A stretch of 64,000 nucleotides of DNA, taken from contig JBGPFC010000003.1 in NCBI GenBank assembly GCA_041483195.1, positions 141,497 through 205,496 of the forward strand. Reading direction: 5' to 3'. Of this stretch, positions 22,629-30,814 are shown piece after piece. Positions within the stretch are counted from its first letter, which is position 1. Every line of letters begins with the position of its first letter. Made by a program: the position numbers and the translations under genes. Below the pieces are notes generated by a model, which saw only the letters and a program-made list of their open reading frames with translations, made no database searches and was not told where the DNA came from. The stretch comes from Candidatus Eiseniibacteriota bacterium. GTDB lineage: Bacteria; Eisenbacteria; RBG-16-71-46.

Positions 22629-23987
22629 ATGGAAACCGTGCTGACCCCTCAGAACACGCGCGACATCCTCGCGCGGCTCGCGGATGCGAACCGCCGATTC
22701 GCGGCAGCGTACCCCGGAGACCGCGCCGACCGCCAGCCCGTTCACACCGTGTACGGCGGCGCGCACCTGTTTCGCGCCGACGTCGCGCGCAGGCTCGGCG
22801 AGGTGGCGCTCCGCACGCTCGAGGAGAACGCACCCGATCCCGTGACGTTCGCGCGCGCGCTCGCGCTGCCCGGCGACGAGACGCTCGCGCGCACGGTCTA
22901 CGCGCGCGTGGTCGAGAAGCTGCGCCGCGAGCCGGTCGAGGACTTCCGAATCGACTTCGAGGACGGCTACGGCCACCGGACCGACGCCGAGGAGGACGCG
23001 CAGGCGGTGGCCGACGGCGAGGAGGTCGCGCGCGGAGTGCGCGAGGGCCTGCTCCCGCCCTACCTCGGCATCCGCATCAAGCCGCTCTCGTCCGAGCTGC
23101 ACGGCCGCGCGCTGCGCACGCTCGACCTGTTCGTCTCGACGCTGCTCCGCGGCGCGGGCGAGCTGCCCGCGAACTTCGTCGTCACCATTCCCAAGGTGGT
23201 GGCGGCGGAGCAGGTCGCGGCGGTGGTCGAGGCCTGCGAGCTGCTCGAGCGCGCGCACGGCCTCGCGGCCGGCGCGCTCCGGCTCGAGCTGATGGTCGAG
23301 ATGACGCAGAGCATCATCGGCCCGGATGGCGTGGTCGCGCTCCCCGGGCTGATCGCGGCGTGCCGCGGGCGCTGCCGCGGCGCGCACTTCGGCACCTACG
23401 ACTACACGGCGGGGTGCAGCATCACCGCCACCTACCAGCTGCCCGCGCATCCCGCTTGCGATTTCGCGCGTCACGTCATGCAGGTGTGCCTCGCGGGCAC
23501 CGGCGTCACGATCTCGGACGGCGCCACCACCGTGATGCCGGTGGGGCCGCATCGCGCCGCGCCGGGCGTCCCGCTCACCCCGGCGCAGAGCGACGAGAAC
23601 CGCGCGGCGGTGCATCGCGCGTGGAAGATCCACTACGACGACGTGCGCATGTCGCTGCGCAACGCGTACTACCAGGGCTGGGACCTGATGCCGGGCCAGC
23701 TGCCAACGCGCTACGCCGCGGTGTTCGCGTTCTTCCTCGAGTCGCGAGCCGAGGCCGGGGCGCGCCTCAGGGCGTTCGTCGAGAAGGCGGCGCAGGCCAC
23801 GCTGATGGGCACGATCTTCGACGATGCGGCGACCGGGCAGGGCCTGCTCAACTTCTTCCTGCGCGGCCTGAACTGCGGCGCGCTCACCGAGGACGAGGCG
23901 CTCGCGACCGGGCTCACCCTCGATGAGCTGCGCGGACGATCGTTCGTGAAGATGCTGAACGCGAGAAGGGCGCGGGGCGCGGCGTAA
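22629..23987 (+). CDS. CitE/HpcH-like aldolase-lyase TIM-barrel protein (DUF6986-like)
   Basis: AAGGAGG RBS; RQPVHTVYGGAHLF, EDFRIDFEDGYG, GIRIK, TIPKV, ELMVE, HFGTYDYT, SDGAT, YQGWD. Confidence 0.8.
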   Translation: METVLTPQNTRDILARLADANRRFAAAYPGDRADRQPVHTVYGGAHLFRADVARRLGEVALRTLEENAPDPVTFARALALPGDETLARTVYARVVEKLRREPVEDFRIDFEDGYGHRTDAEEDAQAVADGEEVARGVREGLLPPYLGIRIKPLSSELHGRALRTLDLFVSTLLRGAGELPANFVVTIPKVVAAEQVAAVVEACELLERAHGLAAGALRLELMVEMTQSIIGPDGVVALPGLIAACRGRCRGAHFGTYDYTAGCSITATYQLPAHPACDFARHVMQVCLAGTGVTISDGATTVMPVGPHRAAPGVPLTPAQSDENRAAVHRAWKIHYDDVRMSLRNAYYQGWDLMPGQLPTRYAAVFAFFLESRAEAGARLRAFVEKAAQATLMGTIFDDAATGQGLLNFFLRGLNCGALTEDEALATGLTLDELRGRSFVKMLNARRARGAA

Positions 23988-24017
23988 GCCGCCGCTCGCG
24001 GGGAATCGGAGGCGGGC

Positions 24018-24611
24018 ATGGACACCACCGCGGTATTCGCCGAGATCCTGGTCGTGGGGCTCGAAGCCTGCGTGTGGATCGCGCTGCTGGTCGGCGCCTT
24101 CTTCGGCTTCGATTGGGCGCGCTCCGAGCAACTCAAGGGTTGGGCGGCGCTGGTCACGATTATCGCCGTCGCCTCGGCCTACACCCTCGGCATCGTCATG
24201 GATCGCGTGTTCGATTCGCTCTACGAGTGGATTCACCCGCTGCTCGAGAAAGTCTGCAAGCGGCTGCCGAAGACGCCGCGGGGAGGCGTGGAGTTCGGCG
24301 AACGGCGCGTGCGCGTGCTCCTGCACGAAGGCGCGCTGGTGCCGTTTCTCGAATACCAGAGGAGCCGCCAGCGCATCGCGCGCGCCACGGTCTTCAATCT
24401 TCCGCTGATCCTCGCGTGCGGAGACCTGTACCTCGGCCGCCGCGGCGGCGCCGGCCCCGAAACGCTCGTGTTCTTCAACGTCTCGATGGTCGTCCTGCTC
24501 GCGCTGAGTCTGTTCTCGGCATGGCGCATCGGCAGAGCCTACGACCGGCGCCTGAAGAACGCGGAAGACATCATGGCCGAGTTGCCCGCCGGGCCGAAGG
24601 CTCACCCATGA
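24018..24611 (+). CDS. Hypothetical 4-TM membrane protein
   Basis: GGAGG RBS; two pairs of hydrophobic helices flanking a polar loop. Confidence 0.7.
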   Translation: MDTTAVFAEILVVGLEACVWIALLVGAFFGFDWARSEQLKGWAALVTIIAVASAYTLGIVMDRVFDSLYEWIHPLLEKVCKRLPKTPRGGVEFGERRVRVLLHEGALVPFLEYQRSRQRIARATVFNLPLILACGDLYLGRRGGAGPETLVFFNVSMVVLLALSLFSAWRIGRAYDRRLKNAEDIMAELPAGPKAHP

Positions 24612-25159
24612 GATCCGCCGCCATCTGCTACCGGCGTCACGGCAGCCGCATCGAGTTCCTGCTGGTGAAGACCAAGGGCGGGAATCGCTGGACGTTCCCG
24701 AAGGGCCACGTGAAGAAGGGCGAGCGCCCGGACCTCGCGGCGGCGCGCGAGGCCCGCGAGGAGGCGGGCGTCACGGGGCGCGTCGAGGGCGGCGAGCTGC
24801 TGCGCTACCGATACCCCTCCGGGCCGGAATCGAAGTCGGACGTCGAGGTGCGCGCGTTCCTGATGGAGGTGGCCGAGGTCGCGCCCGCCGAGGAGCCGTG
24901 GCGCAAGCCGCGCTGGTTCTTCCCCGCTGCCGCCCAGAAGAAGCTCGCGGAGGGCCGCGGCGCGCACTACGCGAAGGAGCACGCGCGGCTGCTCGAGGCC
25001 GCGCTCGCGAAGCTGAACGCGGTGGAGGCGCTCGAAGCGAAAGTCCTCGCGAAGCCGCGGCGCGCGCCCGTCAGCTCCCGCGGTAGGTCGAGTACCCGTA
25101 CGGGCTCAGCAGCAACGGCACGTGGTAGTGCTGGGTCGCGTCGGTTACCTCGAAGGTGA
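24608..25159 (+). CDS. NUDIX hydrolase
   Basis: WTFPKGHVKKGERPDLAAAREAREEAG Nudix box; ATGA overlap; the C-terminus runs 89 nt into the antisense uraH fragment. Confidence 0.9.
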   Translation: MRSAAICYRRHGSRIEFLLVKTKGGNRWTFPKGHVKKGERPDLAAAREAREEAGVTGRVEGGELLRYRYPSGPESKSDVEVRAFLMEVAEVAPAEEPWRKPRWFFPAAAQKKLAEGRGAHYAKEHARLLEAALAKLNAVEALEAKVLAKPRRAPVSSRGRSSTRTGSAATARGSAGSRRLPRR

Positions 25160-25363
25160 GCATCACCTCCGGGAAGAAGCCGCGCGTGCCGGTCGCGCTG
25201 AAGTAGCTCCCGGTCATGAACGTGAGGCGGTAGAGCCCGGCGTCGACCCGGGCGCCGGCGGGGATCAGATCGCGCACGCGGCCGTCGGCGTCGGTCACGC
25301 GCTCGCCGAGCGCGGTCCAGCCGCGCTCGCCCCGATGGATCTCGAGGCGCACCGGCACGCCGC
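25061..25363. repeat. 303-bp direct repeat, copy 1 (matches 28664-28966)
   Basis: Manual alignment at offset 3603; 8 mismatches counted, no gaps. Confidence 0.95.
25071..25363 (-). pseudogene. uraH: 5'-truncated copy of 5-hydroxyisourate hydrolase
   Basis: Same protein as 28674-29018 but lacks MSGITTHVLD..., which includes the catalytic His. Confidence 0.9.
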
Positions 25364-25390
25364 GGCCCGGCGATGACTCTGACTATTCAG

Positions 25391-27511
25391 TCATCTCACG
25401 ACGACGACTTTGGCGTTCGCGCTACGCCCAGCGGCGGTGGCCTTCACAAGATAGACACCGGCAGGCAATTGGTTCCCTGTTCTTCCTCTTCCATCCCACA
25501 TTATCTCGAATACACCATGGGTCAATGTCATCGTCCGCGATAGGACGCGTCTTCCAGAGGCATCAAACACCTCCAGCTGCCCGACGGTCTCGGGCTCAAC
25601 TGGCAACTTGCCAGCAAAGTGAGTCGCCCCGCGCGTGGGGTTGGGAAATGCCGAGATTCCTGTCGCACCGGCGGGCCCCCACTGAACTCCTACGCCCGTC
25701 GTGGATCCGCGCCGAATACCCGTGAGGTTGAATGATCCACAATTCCCCGCGGGACCATCGACGATGAGGAAGTACTCGCCGGACTGGTTGAAGAGATAGT
25801 CGAAGCTCGGCGGGGTTGCCCCGTCAACCGGATATGCCCCGGCGAGGCACTGAGTCGAATCGCCCGGGCAAGCGCTGAGGAGATACACCGCCGGGTTCCA
25901 CCCGCCATTCACCGCCACGTCGAGCGAATCACCCGATTGCGCGAAGAACTTATAGACTACATCCCTTCCAGACATCTCATCAGCGACGCACGTTGTTGCG
26001 CCAGGATTGGGATCGACATCGTTTGCTCCGTAGCACGTTTGCCCAGTCACGCTGAAGTGCCCCGACGGCAGGCTCAGTGCTGTGGCGCAGCGATCGTTCG
26101 GCGGTGGTCCAGTGGGCTGGAATGTCCCGACCGAGACATCATCGACTGCAAAATCGGGCCCATTCGTGCCCTGGGCCCGAAACGCGAACTGGAGCGAGTC
26201 GCCCAGGTGCGACGTGAGACTGACGATCCGGTCTCGGTAGACAAACCGTGTCGCGGTGGGTTCGCCGCTCAGCGTCCAAACCGTCGTCCACCCGACGTCG
26301 CCCTTCCGACGAAGTAAACAAGACGCATCAACGGCACTCGCCAGATCGTGGTTCCCGGCCCAGTAGAAGGCCAGCCCCGAGTCGTTCGCCCCCACCATTA
26401 TCATCGGGGAAATGAGCCACTCATCGCTTGAGTTGGCATACGCTCCTCGAACAATTGCGGCGCCGACGCCAGAGCGCACGATCAAGGTGTCGACGCTACG
26501 CGCCCAGGCGTGCGGTGCGGGCGCTCCACTGGTCTGCACGCTCCAGCCAACAGGCGGGAACGTGGCTCCATCGAAGCTCTCTGAGAAGCTCGTTGCCGTT
26601 GTGGCCTCGCGCTCCTCGACTGCGGCCGGCCGCGCCGGTTCCTGCATGGGGACCCCGCTCGCGCGTATCGATCCGACCGTCGTCGCGAGCCGTTGCAATG
26701 CGGCCGCGCTCAGGTCGGGAACGCCACCCGGTGGCGCGTAAAAGGTCACGCCGTCGGCGATGCCTTGCGACACCTCAGATTGCGCCGCATCTGTGAGGAT
26801 CGTGTTGAACTGGCACCGTGTGGAGATGAAGCAGACCTCGACCAAGATCGCGGGCGCATCCACGTCTCGAATCATGAAGAAGTTGCCGACCTTCAATCCA
26901 CCAGGAATGGTGCCCCTGCAGCCGAAGCCGAAAGCCGCCTCGTAATTCGCCTGTGCTCTCGGCGACACGTAGCTGCCAAGGACGAAGCCACGTATGTCGC
27001 CCATTATCAAGCCCACGCCAGAGTTCGGATTCCAATACGTATTGAGCTGCTTGAACGTGGTGTCCTGGGCTCCCGTTTGCTTCGACTTCGCCGTGGAGTT
27101 CATGTGAATACTGATGATGAAGCGCGCCCTGGCAATAAAGGGCGGGGCGGCATCGTTTGCGGTCTTGCCGTTCAGGATGCGCGTCCGCTGTGATGGCAGC
27201 AGCTTGAACGAGCTGCTGCCCTTGCTGTTCCTCGTCAAGGCCACGTCGTACCCATAGTCCCCCAACCAGGCCTGCAGCCAGTTCTGGCACATGGCGAAGG
27301 TGATGTCCGCTTCATTGGGCCGGCCAGGACCGTCGATGCCTTGCGTGCCGGTGTCGGCGTTCCCGTGACCTGGATCGATCCAGCAGTCGATGATGGGGAC
27401 CGCGTCGGCGCGAGGCGCGGCAACACACTCAAGAACTGCAAAGAGCAGCACGAGGAGGGCGGGCAGGCATCGCGCCCGGAGTGGCCAACGGCACAACCAC
27501 CGGCTGAACAT
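25391..27511 (-). CDS. Secreted N-acetylmuramoyl-L-alanine amidase (Amidase_3) + cleaved-adhesin/MAM-like + PPC-like + FlgD/T9SS-like CTD
   Basis: Signal peptide; IDPGHG, NEAD, ISIHMN, ILVEVCFIS; FSESFDGATFPPVGW...DEWLISP...VDDVSV; PNPTRG...WDGR...PAGVYLV...KVVVVR. Confidence 0.85.
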   Translation of the reverse strand: MFSRWLCRWPLRARCLPALLVLLFAVLECVAAPRADAVPIIDCWIDPGHGNADTGTQGIDGPGRPNEADITFAMCQNWLQAWLGDYGYDVALTRNSKGSSSFKLLPSQRTRILNGKTANDAAPPFIARARFIISIHMNSTAKSKQTGAQDTTFKQLNTYWNPNSGVGLIMGDIRGFVLGSYVSPRAQANYEAAFGFGCRGTIPGGLKVGNFFMIRDVDAPAILVEVCFISTRCQFNTILTDAAQSEVSQGIADGVTFYAPPGGVPDLSAAALQRLATTVGSIRASGVPMQEPARPAAVEEREATTATSFSESFDGATFPPVGWSVQTSGAPAPHAWARSVDTLIVRSGVGAAIVRGAYANSSDEWLISPMIMVGANDSGLAFYWAGNHDLASAVDASCLLRRKGDVGWTTVWTLSGEPTATRFVYRDRIVSLTSHLGDSLQFAFRAQGTNGPDFAVDDVSVGTFQPTGPPPNDRCATALSLPSGHFSVTGQTCYGANDVDPNPGATTCVADEMSGRDVVYKFFAQSGDSLDVAVNGGWNPAVYLLSACPGDSTQCLAGAYPVDGATPPSFDYLFNQSGEYFLIVDGPAGNCGSFNLTGIRRGSTTGVGVQWGPAGATGISAFPNPTRGATHFAGKLPVEPETVGQLEVFDASGRRVLSRTMTLTHGVFEIMWDGRGRTGNQLPAGVYLVKATAAGRSANAKVVVVR

Positions 27512-27565
27512 GGGTTTCTCCAGGCGCGATGCACTCGGTCAACCTGCGGGCTCCGCGCTGCGGGT

Positions 27566-28552
27566 CTAGCGACGGAGTTCGAAGACGAGATCGCGCCCAG
27601 CGACGCGGGGGGTCGTACTGGGAACGCTCTTGACCAGGACCGCCACATTCGAAAGCCACTCCGGCTGGCTTTCGATCTCCTGTTGCGTTGCACTCACTCG
27701 GCACGGCAACCAGCTCGATGTCGGCACTATCCACAAGTCCGCCGCCAGGACCGCTTCGTCCTCACCGACGGCGGTGGGCTTGGTGAAAGCTAGAAACTTC
27801 GAGTCAGGCGACCAGCTCAGCCCGTAGCTGCCGAGCGCACTCGAAGTCGCGATCCGGCGTAGGCGTCCGCGGACAAGATCGTAGACGCTCAGCACGACGT
27901 GATTGGTGCCCCGCTCTACTCCTTCGACGGCAATCCAGCGGGAGTCCGGCGACCACCGATACTCGTCAGCAGCTACTCGAGCCTCGACAACGATCCGCTT
28001 TCGCGTTCGCCGATCGATAACCGCCAATTGGTATGACTGACCCTGCGACGGATATGTCTCGCACGCCACGTATCGGCCGTCGGGAGACCACACTGGCCGC
28101 GTGGCCCACACGCCAGCGATGTCGTCCTGCGCCCCCGTCCGCATGTTCTCGATGAAGACCCGCGGATGGCCCTCGGGAGCGTCGACAATCAGGCGAAGCG
28201 AGTCGGGCCCGAGCACCGACGCTGGGTCAGCGCCGACCCCAAAGCGCAACTCGAGGACGGCTGGGCGGTCGGCGGGGCGTCTCTCCCGAACGCCGACCAG
28301 GGTTACTGGACAAGGATGACCTCCGGCTTGACGACCCCCCGCCAAGGCTCCGTATGGTCCGGAGAGTAATAGCGCAAGGAGCATGAGCAGGCCGCCGTGC
28401 GGTCTGCGAATAGGCCGTACCGCCACCACGCTGTGAGTACGCTCAACCATGGGCCATTGCTCCTCGGCGGTTCCGCAGTGAACCAAATCCCCACAGGCAG
28501 GCAGGAAAGTATCACCGAACCCGAAGGGTCTGGAGGAGGCATTGAGCGGCAC
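27566..28552 (-). CDS. TolB-like (PD40) beta-propeller protein; true start probably ~28385-28450
   Basis: Repeated WSPDGRYVA, WSPDSRWIA and WSPDSKFLA; hydrophobic signal LLMLLALLLSGPYGALA. Confidence 0.75.
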   Translation of the reverse strand: MPLNASSRPFGFGDTFLPACGDLVHCGTAEEQWPMVERTHSVVAVRPIRRPHGGLLMLLALLLSGPYGALAGGRQAGGHPCPVTLVGVRERRPADRPAVLELRFGVGADPASVLGPDSLRLIVDAPEGHPRVFIENMRTGAQDDIAGVWATRPVWSPDGRYVACETYPSQGQSYQLAVIDRRTRKRIVVEARVAADEYRWSPDSRWIAVEGVERGTNHVVLSVYDLVRGRLRRIATSSALGSYGLSWSPDSKFLAFTKPTAVGEDEAVLAADLWIVPTSSWLPCRVSATQQEIESQPEWLSNVAVLVKSVPSTTPRVAGRDLVFELRR

Positions 28553-28574
28553 GGCGAATAAAGAAGGAAGGGAA

Positions 28575-28600
28575 GGGGAGCGGGCTCACGCCCGCTCCCC
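28575..28600 (-). terminator. Rho-independent terminator
   Basis: Perfect 10-bp stem GGGGAGCGGG/CCCGCTCCCC with a 6-nt loop, followed on the minus strand by TTCCCTTCCTTCTTT. Confidence 0.75.
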
Positions 28601-28672
28601 GGTGCTCGCGAGTCTTCGGTCTGCCATCGCGAGATAGCGCGGGTTTCGCTCGATCCCGAGGCTCGCGCGCCC
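28586..28672 (-). pseudogene. C-terminal remnant of an N4/N6 DNA methyltransferase
   Basis: Translates GRASLGIERNPRYLAMADRRLASTGERA*, matching the GR..iGiE.n..Y...a..Rl tail that follows the FxGxG motif. Confidence 0.6.
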
Positions 28673-28966
28673 GTCAGCTCCCGCGGTAGGTCGAGTACCC
28701 GTACGGGCTCAGCAGCAACGGCACGTGGTAGTGCTGGGTCGCGTCGGATACCTCGAAGGTGAGCATCACCTCCGGGAAGAAGCCGCGCGTGCCGGTCGCG
28801 CTGAAGTAGCTCCCGGTCATGAACGTGAGGCGGTAGAGCCCGGCATCCACTCGTGCGCCGGCGGGGATCAGATCGCGCACCCGGCCGTCGGCGTCGGTCA
28901 CGCGCTCGCCGAGCGCGGTCCAGCCACGCTCGCCCCGGTGGATCTCGAGGCGCACCGGCACGCCGC
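28664..28966. repeat. 303-bp direct repeat, copy 2
   Basis: Aligns to 25061-25363. Confidence 0.95.
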
Positions 28967-29018
28967 TCGCGGGCGCCCCGCGCGCGAGATCGAGCACGTG
29001 GGTCGTGATCCCGCTCAT
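28674..29018 (-). CDS. uraH: 5-hydroxyisourate hydrolase
   Basis: ITTHVLD, TDADGR, HYHVPLLLSPYGYSTYRGS. Confidence 0.97.
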   Translation of the reverse strand: MSGITTHVLDLARGAPASGVPVRLEIHRGERGWTALGERVTDADGRVRDLIPAGARVDAGLYRLTFMTGSYFSATGTRGFFPEVMLTFEVSDATQHYHVPLLLSPYGYSTYRGS

Positions 29019-29539
29019 GCGCGCGCCTCCAGCAGCTTCTCGAGCCTGATGCGTGTGATCTTCACCTGTTCCTCCGCGGCGATCGCCAGCTCGCGCTCCT
29101 CGTCGTTCACGATGCGCGCGCGCAGCAGGCCGAGCATCTGGTCCACGCTCTTGCCGGTCGCGCAGACGATGAAAATATAGCCGAACTTCTCGGCGTAGGC
29201 CCGGTTCTCCTCGGCGAGCGCCGCGAGCGCGGGCTCGGGAGCCGCCGCGGCCCCGCGCTGCTCATCTTGCGCCCACGCGGCGGTGGCCGCGAACTTCTCG
29301 CGCAGCGACGCGACGTCGCCGATCCGCGGGTGATGCGCGAACGCCTCGAGCCAGTCCTCGCGATCCAGCTCTCGAAACACGCCGCGCGCCGCCGCGAACA
29401 CCGCCTCGGCGTCGCGGAACGGGAGCGACTCGCACATGCGCGCGGTCCAGCGCGACGAGCCGCAGCAGCGCTCGAACTCGGCGCGCGCCTCGGACTCGGG
29501 CAGGCTGTTCAGGTCGTCGATCGTCAACTCGTCACCCAT
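29015..29539 (-). CDS. uraD: OHCU decarboxylase
   Basis: RCCGSSRW, EAFAHHPRIG, YAEKFGYIFIVCATGK, EQVKITRIRL. Confidence 0.95.
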   Translation of the reverse strand: MGDELTIDDLNSLPESEARAEFERCCGSSRWTARMCESLPFRDAEAVFAAARGVFRELDREDWLEAFAHHPRIGDVASLREKFAATAAWAQDEQRGAAAAPEPALAALAEENRAYAEKFGYIFIVCATGKSVDQMLGLLRARIVNDEERELAIAAEEQVKITRIRLEKLLEARA

Positions 29540-30803
29540 TCCACGCCGCCGAGAGTCGCCGCGCCAGCTCGCGCGTGAACCGGTAGCCCGCGAACAGCGC
29601 GTCGGGGGCGGTGTGCTCATCGGGCGCGTGGCTGATGCCGCCGCGGCTCGGCACGAACGCCATGAGCGATGGCACTCCGGCGCGCGCGAACTCCATGGCG
29701 TCGTGCGCGGCGCCGCTCGCCATGCGGCGGTGGCGCATGCCCAGTTCGCGCGCGAGCGCCTCGGCCTGCGCGGCGAGCGCGCTCGAGAGCGGCGTCGGGT
29801 CCTGGCGCGAGGCGGGCTCGAGCGCGAGCGCGACCCCGCGCCGCGCCGCGATCGCGCGCGCGCGGCCCTCGAGATCGCACTCCATCGCGGCGAGGATCGC
29901 GGCGTCGGTGTGCCGAACCTCGAGCCACAGCTCGCACGCGCCGGGCACGACGTTGAACAGTCCGGGCCTGGGCGAGACGTTGCCGGCGGTCGCGACCGCC
30001 GGCTCGCCGCGCTCGAGTGCGAGCGCCTCGGCGGCGAGGACGATCTCGGCGGCCGCCGCGAGCGCGTCGTGCCGCATGCGCTGCGGCGTGGTGCCCGAGT
30101 GGCGGGCCTCGCCGGTGAGGCGCGCGCGCAGCCGGCGATAGCCGGCGATGTGATCGACGATGCCGAGCGCATCGCCCTCGCGCTCCAGCAACGGGCCCTG
30201 CTCGATGTGCGGCTCGAGCATGAGCGCGGGCCGGAAGGGCGGCGCGAACGGGAGTGCGCCCGGTCCGAGCGGCGCCGCGCAGCCGGCCGCGCGCGCCGCC
30301 TCGAGCGCCGCGCCCCACGCGATGCCGCCGCCGTCGGTCACGGCCGCCAGCTCTTCGGAGCGGGCGAGCCCGAGCAGGCTGCGCGCGCCCATCATGTGCG
30401 CGTGGAAGCGGCTCTCCTCCTCCTCGCATGTGACGAAGCCCACCACGGGGAGCTTCCCGGTGCCGCGCAGCTCTGCGGCGATCAGCAGCCCCGCGACCGC
30501 GCCGTACGCGCCGTCGAAGCGTCCGCCCTGCACGACCGAGTCGAGATGCGAGCCCACCATGAGCACCGGCGGCGGCGGCCCGTCGGAATCGAGCGCCGGA
30601 TCGTGGAAGAAGAGATTGCCCGCGGAATCGAAGCGCGCGCTCAACCCGAACGCGGCCGCGCGCTCGCGCAGCCAGCGGTGCGCATCGCACCAGTGACGAT
30701 CGTACGCGAGCCGCGTCACGCCCGGTCCCCCGTCGCTGAAGCGCGCGAGCGTTTCGAGCGATTCGGCGAGCGTGCGCTCCGTGACCTCGACCGCGGTGGG
30801 CAT
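29532..30803 (-). CDS. allC: Allantoate amidohydrolase-like Zn hydrolase (M20)
   Basis: GSHLDSV..GGRFDG, EEEESRF, EPHIEQGP, HSGTTP, SGAAHDA, GGISHAPDE; lies between allB and uraD. Confidence 0.85.
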   Translation of the reverse strand: MPTAVEVTERTLAESLETLARFSDGGPGVTRLAYDRHWCDAHRWLRERAAAFGLSARFDSAGNLFFHDPALDSDGPPPPVLMVGSHLDSVVQGGRFDGAYGAVAGLLIAAELRGTGKLPVVGFVTCEEEESRFHAHMMGARSLLGLARSEELAAVTDGGGIAWGAALEAARAAGCAAPLGPGALPFAPPFRPALMLEPHIEQGPLLEREGDALGIVDHIAGYRRLRARLTGEARHSGTTPQRMRHDALAAAAEIVLAAEALALERGEPAVATAGNVSPRPGLFNVVPGACELWLEVRHTDAAILAAMECDLEGRARAIAARRGVALALEPASRQDPTPLSSALAAQAEALARELGMRHRRMASGAAHDAMEFARAGVPSLMAFVPSRGGISHAPDEHTAPDALFAGYRFTRELARRLSAAWNG

Positions 30804-30814
30804 GGCGCGCGACC

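Larger units (their letters stand above)
25364..28663. mobile_element. 3.3-kb inserted segment between the uraH repeats; no integrase
   Basis: Bounded by 303-bp direct repeats and visibly less GC-rich than its flanks; contains an MTase remnant, a terminator and two secreted-protein genes. Confidence 0.7.

Noticed and set aside
25071..25358. 95-aa ORF as a second functional HIU hydrolase
   Set aside because: It lacks the N-terminal catalytic His motif and has no RBS; treated as a fragment.
25372..25395. Short inverted repeat (TGACT-ATTC-AGTCA) at the left junction of the insert as a possible att site
   Set aside because: Only 5-6 bp arms, no matching site at the other junction, and no recombinase.
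25061..28966. uraH duplicate or NHL variability as a diversity-generating retroelement TR/VR pair
   Set aside because: The mismatches are not adenine-specific and are mostly synonymous, and no reverse transcriptase is present in the window.
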